The notes below the pieces were generated by a model. It did no database searches, had not been told where the DNA came from, and saw only the letters and a program-made list of their open reading frames with translations. Position numbers and translations under genes: made by a program. Shown here piece by piece: positions 1-7,307 of a stretch of DNA of 17,211 nucleotides (position 1 is its first letter; each line of letters opens with the position of its first letter). Source of the DNA: Promethearchaeota archaeon. Lineage in GTDB: Archaea > Asgardarchaeota > Lokiarchaeia > Sigyniarchaeales > SOKP01. Location: assembly GCA_016840085.1 (NCBI GenBank), contig JAEOTA010000026.1, positions 1 through 17,211 of the forward strand, read 5' to 3'.

Positions 1-16
1 CATAATTAAGAAGGAA

Positions 17-757
17 TTGTTAGAGGAAATCTTTGAAGAATTAAAATTGGAAGAGAAAGAATTAGTTAATGAAATTAGTTCGATGATTTCTAAAAAAACT
101 CCTGAAAAGCAAATAATTAAGCATTCAACTACTACACCCCCCAAATCACAGACAATAAAAGCAGAGGAAAAAAATACTAATGAAGATAAAATAGAAAGAG
201 AAGTATATATTTCGGTTAAAACAATTCTAAAAGTAGCAAGTCATGCCCTTAAATATGCGAATTCTAAAATTCCTAAACAAAATTGGGTAGAAGTAATAGG
301 ATTACTCGCAGGTAAAGTAGATAATAAAAAGGGCATCTTACATATTGAGGATTACTATCCTATGGGTCATGGAACAGCTGTTTATGCTGAAATAAAAGAT
401 TATAGAAACTATGCCAGAGCTTTCCGAGATATTAAAAAGCAAAAGTTATTTATCTGTGGTTGGGCACATAGCCATCCTTCTTACGGATGTTTTATGTCTA
501 ATGAAGATATTGGCACTCAAACAAGATACCAAAAACTTTGGAACAAAGCTGTTGCCCTTGTTATCGATCCATACCTTATTGATGGAACTTCAGCAGGCTT
601 TGAAATTTATCGTGCAGATTTAACCACAAAAACTTGGTATCCTTTGGTTTATGGCATTAAAGGGTCATTAGACATTCGCATGCTACCAGAAATACTAAAT
701 TTTATGAATCCGATAATTGAAGGGAAAGCAGTTTATCTCGAATATGATGAAAATTGA
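17..757 (+). CDS. JAMM/MPN+ metallo-isopeptidase (Rpn11/CSN5-like deubiquitinase); the frame is open back to position 2, so the 5' end may be incomplete
   Basis: Complete MPN+ signature: EVIGLLAG (catalytic Glu), GWAHSHPSYGCFMSNEDIGTQ (H-x-H-x7-S-x2-D) and AVALVIDP, resembling Rpn11/CSN5 WYHSHPG(F/Y)GCWLS.xD..TQ. The N-terminal ~60 aa are charged and low complexity. Confidence 0.9.
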   Translation: MLEEIFEELKLEEKELVNEISSMISKKTPEKQIIKHSTTTPPKSQTIKAEEKNTNEDKIEREVYISVKTILKVASHALKYANSKIPKQNWVEVIGLLAGKVDNKKGILHIEDYYPMGHGTAVYAEIKDYRNYARAFRDIKKQKLFICGWAHSHPSYGCFMSNEDIGTQTRYQKLWNKAVALVIDPYLIDGTSAGFEIYRADLTTKTWYPLVYGIKGSLDIRMLPEILNFMNPIIEGKAVYLEYDEN

Positions 758-1935
758 AACAGATGAATTTTGGTGATTTTAAAACTGTGGTTAAAATTAA
801 ATCTGTGGCAATTGTTCTGGGGATATTTTTATTAATAGGCATAATACATGGTATTATTGCAGATTCGTTCAATGTGTTTGTAAGTTGGTTATTAATCGGA
901 ATCTGGTTAATCTATTCTTTTAAAGTTTTGAAAAATATTAAACAATATCGAGAATTTAATTCCCCTCATAATACTGCTTTTTTCTCTATCGGTCCTGTTT
1001 TTGTTGGAATTTTTTATTCTATTTGGGGTAACTTTACAGGTTTATTAGGAGAAAATCTTCTAGAAGGTTCAAACTTATATTTAAGTTGGTGGAGTATATT
1101 ATTTGGATTTCCTTATTTAGCGTATGGTTCTTATTCTTTATATCGGTGTTTCAAAAAATATAATGTAATATATTTCGGAACAAAAGCAATAAACGCACGT
1201 ACAATCGGTTATATACTGGCTTTAGTAGTCATTTTTTATATAATTTTTTATTGGATAATATTTTATGCTGTTATTGATTTTTATGATTCTATTATAATCC
1301 CTGTTCATTTTTACGTAGATCTTAATCTTTTACTCTTACTTATTAGTACAATTTTAATTTTTATTGTTTCTGGGTTATTCGGTACACAAAGAAGATTACC
1401 CACATTAACAAGAGATTATATCACAAGACGTACAAATAGATTGAATCATTTAACTTCTCCCCAGAGAACATCAAGCCCTAGAAGACAAAACGTAAGCACA
1501 AGTAGAACAACCAGATCATCTAGAATTACTCCCATTTCTCAAAGAAGATCAACTCAAACGAGAACTAAAACAACCTCTCGAACTGTGAGTAGGAAGACAA
1601 CAGCAAAACCTACTATAATTCCCCAAAGGAGTATAAGTTCTAGAGATTTTAGCAAATACAAACCAAAAGCAGGTCTTCTTTCAGTAGAGGATTTTAAATG
1701 CATTTTTTGTTTTAAATTACCTAAATTACCTGAAGATAATGGTAGAGGAATAATTTTATGCCCAAAATGTAGGTATCCCGCTCATGCAGATGAATTTAAA
1801 GATTGGATGCAAAGTTCAAATCTATGCTCAAGATGTAATGCGATAATTCCATCAAGCTATAGAAGAAATCCTAAGATAATCAGTGTAAAAAACTATAGTA
1901 TTATCTACAGGAATTTTCTAAAGAAAAATAAATAA
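754..1935 (+). CDS. Polytopic (~6 TM) membrane protein with Ser/Thr/Arg-rich linker and C-terminal RING-like zinc finger; putative membrane E3 ligase
   Basis: Six hydrophobic segments in aa ~18-210, a low-complexity S/T/R stretch, then C-x2-C-x16-C-x2-C-x4-H-x2-E-x3-W-x6-C-x2-C (nt 1699-1836). The TTG start overlaps the upstream TGA; there is an alternative ATG at 763. Confidence 0.7.
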   Translation: MKQMNFGDFKTVVKIKSVAIVLGIFLLIGIIHGIIADSFNVFVSWLLIGIWLIYSFKVLKNIKQYREFNSPHNTAFFSIGPVFVGIFYSIWGNFTGLLGENLLEGSNLYLSWWSILFGFPYLAYGSYSLYRCFKKYNVIYFGTKAINARTIGYILALVVIFYIIFYWIIFYAVIDFYDSIIIPVHFYVDLNLLLLLISTILIFIVSGLFGTQRRLPTLTRDYITRRTNRLNHLTSPQRTSSPRRQNVSTSRTTRSSRITPISQRRSTQTRTKTTSRTVSRKTTAKPTIIPQRSISSRDFSKYKPKAGLLSVEDFKCIFCFKLPKLPEDNGRGIILCPKCRYPAHADEFKDWMQSSNLCSRCNAIIPSSYRRNPKIISVKNYSIIYRNFLKKNK

Positions 1936-1949
1936 ATTTATTACAGAAA

Positions 1950-2903
1950 TTAAAATTTAATTCTATTTTTTAATTCTCCAATCGTGGTTTTTAATTCAGA
2001 ATACACATTGTGGTTATGAATACTTTCCATACTCAAGACTTTAAAAACGACTTTGAAATGTTCTTCTAAGTTAGGAAATCTCCTATTTATAAAATTTCTC
2101 GCCATTTCTCTTATAACATCTTCTGCAAATAACGGTTTCAAGTGAGCACTTCTGACAAGCTTAGCTTCGTCAGGTCTCTTTAAAACAGATTGTATTTTTC
2201 CACTCATGCTATCTTCAATTATATCAATTATATCTAAAACATCAATCTTATGATTATTTAGATCTTTAATTTGAACCATTATTGTGCCTATTGAACGTTG
2301 ATTATGGGAGCTAAAAGGTAATATATTAAGAAGTTTCTTAACCGTATCGTCAGAAATCTTAAGATCTTGTCTATTTTTAATGACACTTTCAGCATATTCT
2401 TGACTCATTTCTTTAGCACAAGGACAAACCGTCATACCAACCGCACTTGCTCCGATATAATAATTAAAATCGATTTCTCCAGATATGCTCTTTTTCACTT
2501 TTACTAAAGAACTGATATCATATGCCTTCTGAATAGTTCGTTGTTGATCATCTTTAGCTTGGACAATAATTTTGCCTTCAAGTTTCACATTTACCTTTTC
2601 TGTATATGGATGTCTTTCTAACAATTTTCTTGCTATTCTATCTCCAACCACCTCTACTGAGGGAGTAGGCTTGAATATTACTTCATTAATTATTTCTTCT
2701 ATAGTTTCACTTGTTCGAGACATATGAATCCCTCTTTTGTAACTAGGCAATGAAATTAAAGCTGAAATCTTTGGATAAAAAGAATATTTTTTATTTTCTT
2801 GGATTATTTCTACTTTTTTTTCAACTCCAACAATTCCAACTTTATCTATCGGAATATCAATAGAGGAACCTGAATCTTGTAAATCCTTTTTAAATTCGTG
2901 AAT
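1950..2903 (-). CDS. mptA: GTP cyclohydrolase MptA (FolE2 family); start extended from the ORF-track 2750 to ATT 2903 (or ATA 2906)
   Basis: Motifs RGIHMSR, GMTVCPCA, HNQRS, LKRPDE, P.FAEDVIR and ESIH.HN. The frame upstream of 2750 reads IHEFKKDLQDSGSSIDIPIDKVGIVGV..., the conserved FolE2/MptA N-terminus. GGTGG lies 6 nt before the ATT. Confidence 0.9.
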   Translation of the reverse strand: MHEFKKDLQDSGSSIDIPIDKVGIVGVEKKVEIIQENKKYSFYPKISALISLPSYKRGIHMSRTSETIEEIINEVIFKPTPSVEVVGDRIARKLLERHPYTEKVNVKLEGKIIVQAKDDQQRTIQKAYDISSLVKVKKSISGEIDFNYYIGASAVGMTVCPCAKEMSQEYAESVIKNRQDLKISDDTVKKLLNILPFSSHNQRSIGTIMVQIKDLNNHKIDVLDIIDIIEDSMSGKIQSVLKRPDEAKLVRSAHLKPLFAEDVIREMARNFINRRFPNLEEHFKVVFKVLSMESIHNHNVYSELKTTIGELKNRIKF

Positions 2904-2952
2904 TATTAACCACCAGTGTTAAAAACGTATTTTTATATATTCTATTCTTCAA

Positions 2953-2988
2953 AAGGATTAGATATAATATAAGGATTAGATATAATAT
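2953..2988. repeat. Perfect 18-bp tandem direct repeat (AAGGATTAGATATAATAT x2) in a divergent promoter region
   Basis: 2953-2970 is identical to 2971-2988. Confidence 0.9.
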
Positions 2989-2989
2989 A

Positions 2990-2997
2990 TTATAAAA
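2990..2997 (+). promoter_or_regulatory. Candidate archaeal TATA box for a leaderless amidohydrolase-arfC-cofG-cofH transcript
   Basis: TTATAAAA ends 25 nt before ATG 3023, and no SD-like motif precedes that ATG. The AT-rich background weakens the call. Confidence 0.4.
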
Positions 2998-3022
2998 TAT
3001 ATTTTACATTGCTTAAGAATTA

Positions 3023-4192
3023 ATGGCAAATAAATACTTATTTAGTAAATATGGTTTAATTGGAGAAAACTTGGATTTAAAACAAAATATTAATTTAGAA
3101 ATTGATCAAAGTGGAAAAATTTTAAATCTCTCTTATGATGATATAGATAAAAATTTGGAAATTTCACCAAATCATCAGATACAGTTAATGATTCCTGGTT
3201 TTATTAACTCACATATACATATTGGAGATAATTTTGCTAAAGAAATGGGTTTTAATAAAGAGTTAGCAGAGGTCGTTGCCCCTCCATTCGGTTTTAAACA
3301 TAAGTTATTAAGACAAACCTCTGAAGATATAAAAATCAAAGGAATGCAAAATGCTGTTTTAGAAATGCTTTCAAATGGTATTACGTTTTTTATTGATTTT
3401 AGAGAGGAAGGCGTAGATGGAGTAATTCTTCTAAAAAGGGCGCTTAATAATGCTCCTATTAATTTCTTAATTCTAGGACGATTTATGGATGAAAGTGAAA
3501 TAGATTCTATTTTTGATTTAGCTGATGGAGTTGGATTATCTAGCTATAAACAAATTACTTCAACAAATAAACAATTTGTGATATTAGCTAAACAAAATTT
3601 TGATAAAATTATTGCTTGTCACTGTGCGGAATATATTCGCAATGATGATTTAATAAAGGAAATGTTTAATGATAATTTTATTGATGTGGTCATTCATGGA
3701 ACAAAATTTGTCAAAAAAGATTTGGAAAATATAATTAAAAATGGTAAATCTCTTGTTTTATGTCCTCGTTGTAATGGGTATTTTGGAGTGGGTTTTCCCC
3801 CTATTAATGAAATTTTAAAATTGAAAATTCCGGTGTCATTAGGAACAGATAATCTAATGGTAAATAATACTGATTTATTTGAAGAAATGCGATATTTTTA
3901 TCGTATTTCAAGAGTTTTATGCAATTATAATAAAGAACTTCGAATTTCCTCTAAAGATTTATTAAAAATGGTAACAATAAATGCCGCTAAGAATTTTAAT
4001 CTAGAAAAAGAGTTTGGTTCAATTTCAAAGAGTAAATTTGCTGATTTTTTTTTAATTAACCTTAGCGATCCAAATCTATTTTTTTCTAACTTGGACTACA
4101 ATAATATATATAATTTAATTACTCAAAGAACTAAATCAGAAAATATAACTAAGACTTATATTAAAGGAGAGGTGGTATATGAAAGAAATTAA
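3023..4192 (+). CDS. Metal-dependent amidohydrolase (cytosine/guanine deaminase-related TIM barrel)
   Basis: PGFINSHIHIGD (HxH), HCAE, IHG, LCPRCN, VSLGTDN, TINAAK and GSI...K.ADF motifs. Confidence 0.9.
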   Translation: MANKYLFSKYGLIGENLDLKQNINLEIDQSGKILNLSYDDIDKNLEISPNHQIQLMIPGFINSHIHIGDNFAKEMGFNKELAEVVAPPFGFKHKLLRQTSEDIKIKGMQNAVLEMLSNGITFFIDFREEGVDGVILLKRALNNAPINFLILGRFMDESEIDSIFDLADGVGLSSYKQITSTNKQFVILAKQNFDKIIACHCAEYIRNDDLIKEMFNDNFIDVVIHGTKFVKKDLENIIKNGKSLVLCPRCNGYFGVGFPPINEILKLKIPVSLGTDNLMVNNTDLFEEMRYFYRISRVLCNYNKELRISSKDLLKMVTINAAKNFNLEKEFGSISKSKFADFFLINLSDPNLFFSNLDYNNIYNLITQRTKSENITKTYIKGEVVYERN

Positions 4193-4847
4193 TATACCAT
4201 ATATTATTTTAAGCGCCGCTATGACTATAGATGGTAAAATTGCCACTAAAAAAGGTGATTCAGAATTATCAAATAAAGCTGACTGGAAAGAAGTTCACAA
4301 ATTACGAACTGAAGTCGATGCTATAATGGTAGGAAAAGGCACAATTTTAAAAGACAATCCAAAACTGCACATTAAATATTATAATCATAGAGGATATTAT
4401 AGAATTGTTTTAGACAGCCACCTAACGATTCCTTTAGACTCTAATGTCATTTCTTTTCGCCAAGAAATTTATCCTACAATAATTTGTACGACTGAAAATG
4501 TTCCGTTGAATAAATTAAAAAAGTATGAAGATAAAGGTGTTAAGATCATTCAAGCAGGAGATGGTAAGCGTGTTAATCTAATAAAGACCTTAACAATATT
4601 AAAAGACTTTGGAATAAATTCTATACTCCTTGAAGGGGGTGGTAATTTGAACTGGAGTTTTATAGAATATAATTTAATTGATGAAATAAGGTTGACTATA
4701 GCACCTTGGATTGTAGGAGGAAAGGAAGCAACAAGCCTTGTAGAAGGAATAGGGTTTGAAAAGATAAGCACTGCACCTAAATTTGAGCTTTTTGATGTAA
4801 AAGTTAGAATTTATTATATAACTTTAAGATATAAAAGGAAGCAGTGA
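4179..4847 (+). CDS. arfC: 2,5-diamino-6-(ribosylamino)-4(3H)-pyrimidinone 5'-phosphate reductase (stand-alone RibD C-terminal domain, archaeal type)
   Basis: AMTIDGKIAT, VHKLRTEVDAIMVGKGTILKDNPKL, ILLEGGGNLNWSF and IAPWIVGG; no deaminase domain; SD-like GGAGAGGTGG just upstream. Confidence 0.88.
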   Translation: MKEINIPYIILSAAMTIDGKIATKKGDSELSNKADWKEVHKLRTEVDAIMVGKGTILKDNPKLHIKYYNHRGYYRIVLDSHLTIPLDSNVISFRQEIYPTIICTTENVPLNKLKKYEDKGVKIIQAGDGKRVNLIKTLTILKDFGINSILLEGGGNLNWSFIEYNLIDEIRLTIAPWIVGGKEATSLVEGIGFEKISTAPKFELFDVKVRIYYITLRYKRKQ

Positions 4848-5959
4848 TGAGGGTAAATAATATCAAGCAGTTAAAAAACTTAACCATAAAGAAAATAAAT
4901 AAAAAGGTTAAAGATATAAAAGCTCAATTATCCGAGGAAGAACGTAATATAATTACTTATTCAAGAAATTTTACACTTTCACTTTCAAATTATTGTATTA
5001 ATCAATGTGGATATTGTTTTTATAATTATAAAATTCCAAAGATACAGGGTGAAGGAAATGTTATTTTGCTTAGTAGTGAGCAGATGACAGCACTAATTCA
5101 AAAAGGCTTAGATTACAATTGTAAAGAAGTACTATTAATGTCTGGAGAACGTCCTGATAAGTTCTTAGAAGTTAAATCAGAATTAGAAAATAGAAATTAT
5201 AGTGATTTTATTGAATTTGTCAAAGATATTTGCACATCTTTGTTAGATTTCAATTTATTGCCCCATACTAATATTGGATTACTCAATTATGATGATATGA
5301 AGGAATTAAAAAATTATAATGCCAGTATGGGATTAATGTTAGAAAGCACTAATATGAAACTTTTTGAAAAAGGCAGTGTACATGAAAATTCACCCAGTAA
5401 ATTACCTACAAAAAGAATAGAACATATCAATAATGCAGGAAAATTAAAAATTCCTTTCACTACTGGTTTGTTGTTAGGTATCGGTGAATCGATTGAAGAT
5501 AGAATCAAAGATTTATATTTAATCAAAGATATTCATAAAAAATATGGTCATATCCAAGAAGTAATACTCCAAAATTTTGTAAATAAAGAAGGAGTTCCAT
5601 ACCAACCTAAAAATCCAATATCAATAGATGAAATTCTTAGGACTATAGGCATCGCGAAAATAATTTTTGAGAACGAGATTCCAGTTCAAGTTCCGCCAAA
5701 CCTAGTAAATGGTTTTGAAAAAGTATTTATAGATATGGGGATTGATGATTTCGGTGGAATATCACCATTCACCCTAGATTATATAAATCCTGAAAAGAAA
5801 TGGCCCCAAATTGATAAATTAAAGAATATTTGTGAAAATATGGGTTATACACTTAGAGAAAGGCTTCCAATTTATGAAAAATTTATAAACAAAAATGAGT
5901 TTCTTCCAGAAAATATTAAAAAAACAATAGATAATATTAATTTAAATGGAAATAACTGA
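4844..5959 (+). CDS. cofG: FO synthase subunit CofG (radical SAM)
   Basis: ITYSRN, CINQCGYC, LPHTNIG, NASMGLMLE, IPFTTGLLLGIGE, GHIQEVILQNF, QVPPNL, DDFGGISP.T.DYINPE..WP and LRERLPIY. Confidence 0.95.
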   Translation: MMRVNNIKQLKNLTIKKINKKVKDIKAQLSEEERNIITYSRNFTLSLSNYCINQCGYCFYNYKIPKIQGEGNVILLSSEQMTALIQKGLDYNCKEVLLMSGERPDKFLEVKSELENRNYSDFIEFVKDICTSLLDFNLLPHTNIGLLNYDDMKELKNYNASMGLMLESTNMKLFEKGSVHENSPSKLPTKRIEHINNAGKLKIPFTTGLLLGIGESIEDRIKDLYLIKDIHKKYGHIQEVILQNFVNKEGVPYQPKNPISIDEILRTIGIAKIIFENEIPVQVPPNLVNGFEKVFIDMGIDDFGGISPFTLDYINPEKKWPQIDKLKNICENMGYTLRERLPIYEKFINKNEFLPENIKKTIDNINLNGNN

Positions 5960-7076
5960 AGTTTTTAACCATATCAACAATGATATAAAAGTTATTTTAA
6001 AGAAAGCATTGAATTCTGAGGAAATTAGTGCTGAAGAAGCATTAAAATTATTTAAAGTAACTGGTAAGGAATTTTTTGCCCTTCAGAATGTAGCAGATAA
6101 ATTATGTTTCCTAAAAAAAGAAAATATTGTCACATTTATTATTAATCGGAATATAAATTTTACAAATATTTGCTTTCAAAAATGTAAGTTTTGTTCTTTT
6201 AGTGTTCCAAAAGATCATAGGGATGCTTTTTTACTGACTATCGAAGACATAAGAGAAAAGGTTATAGAAGCAAAAAGTTTCGGGTGTACTGAAGTGTGCA
6301 TTCAAGGAGGAATAAATCCAGAATTGAAGTTTGATTCTTATTTGGAAATTCTCAAAACTGTTAAAGAGATTGATTCTAAGATACATACACATGCCTTTTC
6401 TCCTCAAGAAATATTTTTTATGTCAAAATTATTTGATAATTCTATTGAAAATACTTTAAAAGAACTCAAAAAGGCAGGATTGGATTCAATTCCAGGCACA
6501 GCTGCTGAAATATTAGTTGATGAGATTAGAAAGATAATTTGTCCAAATAAAGTTTCAACTTCTCAATGGATAGATATTATTACTACGGCGCATAATTTAG
6601 GTATTCCAACAACCTCTACCATTATGTATGGACATATAGAAAAACTTTCTGATAGAGTCAACCATTTAGAGGTATTAAGAAGAATACAAAAGGACACGAA
6701 TGGTTTCACAGAATTTGTACCCTTACCTTTTGTTAAAGCAAATCCCATTTTATCAAATCTAAAAAAGTTTCCATTAAAACCAAGTTATGGAATGTCAGAT
6801 TTAAAATTATTTTGTGTTGCAAGGTTATTTTTAAATAACTATATAGATAATATTCAATGCAGTTGGGTTAAGCTAGGTCCCTCTTTTGCTCAAGTTTCTC
6901 TAAATTATGGGGTTAATGATTTCTCAGGTACATTAATGGAAGAAAATATTTCTAAAAGTGCGGGTGCAGAATTTGGTGAATATTTATCACCTGAAAAAAT
7001 GATAGAAATTATTAAAACCGCTGGAAAACACCCTGCTCAGCGAGATACGCTTTATAATATTATAAAATATTACTAA
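5946..7076 (+). CDS. cofH: FO synthase subunit CofH (radical SAM)
   Basis: NRNINFTNICFQKCKFC, EVCIQGG, HAFSPQE, PGTAAEILVD, TIMYGHIE, GFTEFVPLPF, NIQCSWVKLG and GTLMEENISKSAG; overlaps cofG. Confidence 0.95.
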   Translation: MEITEVFNHINNDIKVILKKALNSEEISAEEALKLFKVTGKEFFALQNVADKLCFLKKENIVTFIINRNINFTNICFQKCKFCSFSVPKDHRDAFLLTIEDIREKVIEAKSFGCTEVCIQGGINPELKFDSYLEILKTVKEIDSKIHTHAFSPQEIFFMSKLFDNSIENTLKELKKAGLDSIPGTAAEILVDEIRKIICPNKVSTSQWIDIITTAHNLGIPTTSTIMYGHIEKLSDRVNHLEVLRRIQKDTNGFTEFVPLPFVKANPILSNLKKFPLKPSYGMSDLKLFCVARLFLNNYIDNIQCSWVKLGPSFAQVSLNYGVNDFSGTLMEENISKSAGAEFGEYLSPEKMIEIIKTAGKHPAQRDTLYNIIKYY

Positions 7077-7251
7077 CTTCTATTTTTGAGATATTATGAA
7101 TAATAATCCTAAGAGTTTTCTTTTAGTTGGTGTTGCTCTCTCCTTAGCACACTTTATACAAATATCAAGCCCAAATGTTTCATAAGGAATGATTATTCAT
7201 GAAATAATGGAATAAACTTTTAGAAGATAATATAAAATGTAAAAGAAATAT

Positions 7252-7287
7252 GAGATTTTAAAATAAAGACAACAAAATCTCTTTTTT
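7252..7287 (+). terminator. Hairpin plus U-tract, putative terminator between convergent cofH and dehydrogenase genes
   Basis: GAGATTTT (7252-7259), a 14-nt loop, AAAATCTC (7274-7281), then TTTTTT. Confidence 0.45.
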
Positions 7288-7307
7288 ACTTAATAAATAA
7301 ATTTTTA

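Noticed and set aside
411-623. 70-aa alternate-frame ORF
   Set aside because: It lies inside the JAMM gene, across its catalytic motif, and has no recognisable features.
2953-2988. CRISPR-like repeat
   Set aside because: Only two adjacent 18-bp copies, no spacer and no cas genes.
755-4847. Selenocysteine or readthrough at the TGA stops (755-757, 4845-4847)
   Set aside because: Both proteins are complete at these stops, and each TGA overlaps the next start codon (TTGA, GTGA), which is ordinary coupling.
4550-6748. Antisense ORFs 4550-4771, 5314-5526 and 6563-6748
   Set aside because: Short shadows of arfC, cofG and cofH.
5946-7076. MqnC/MqnE (futalosine pathway) instead of CofH
   Set aside because: Overlap with cofG and the PGTAAEIL / GTLMEENIS motifs favour CofH.
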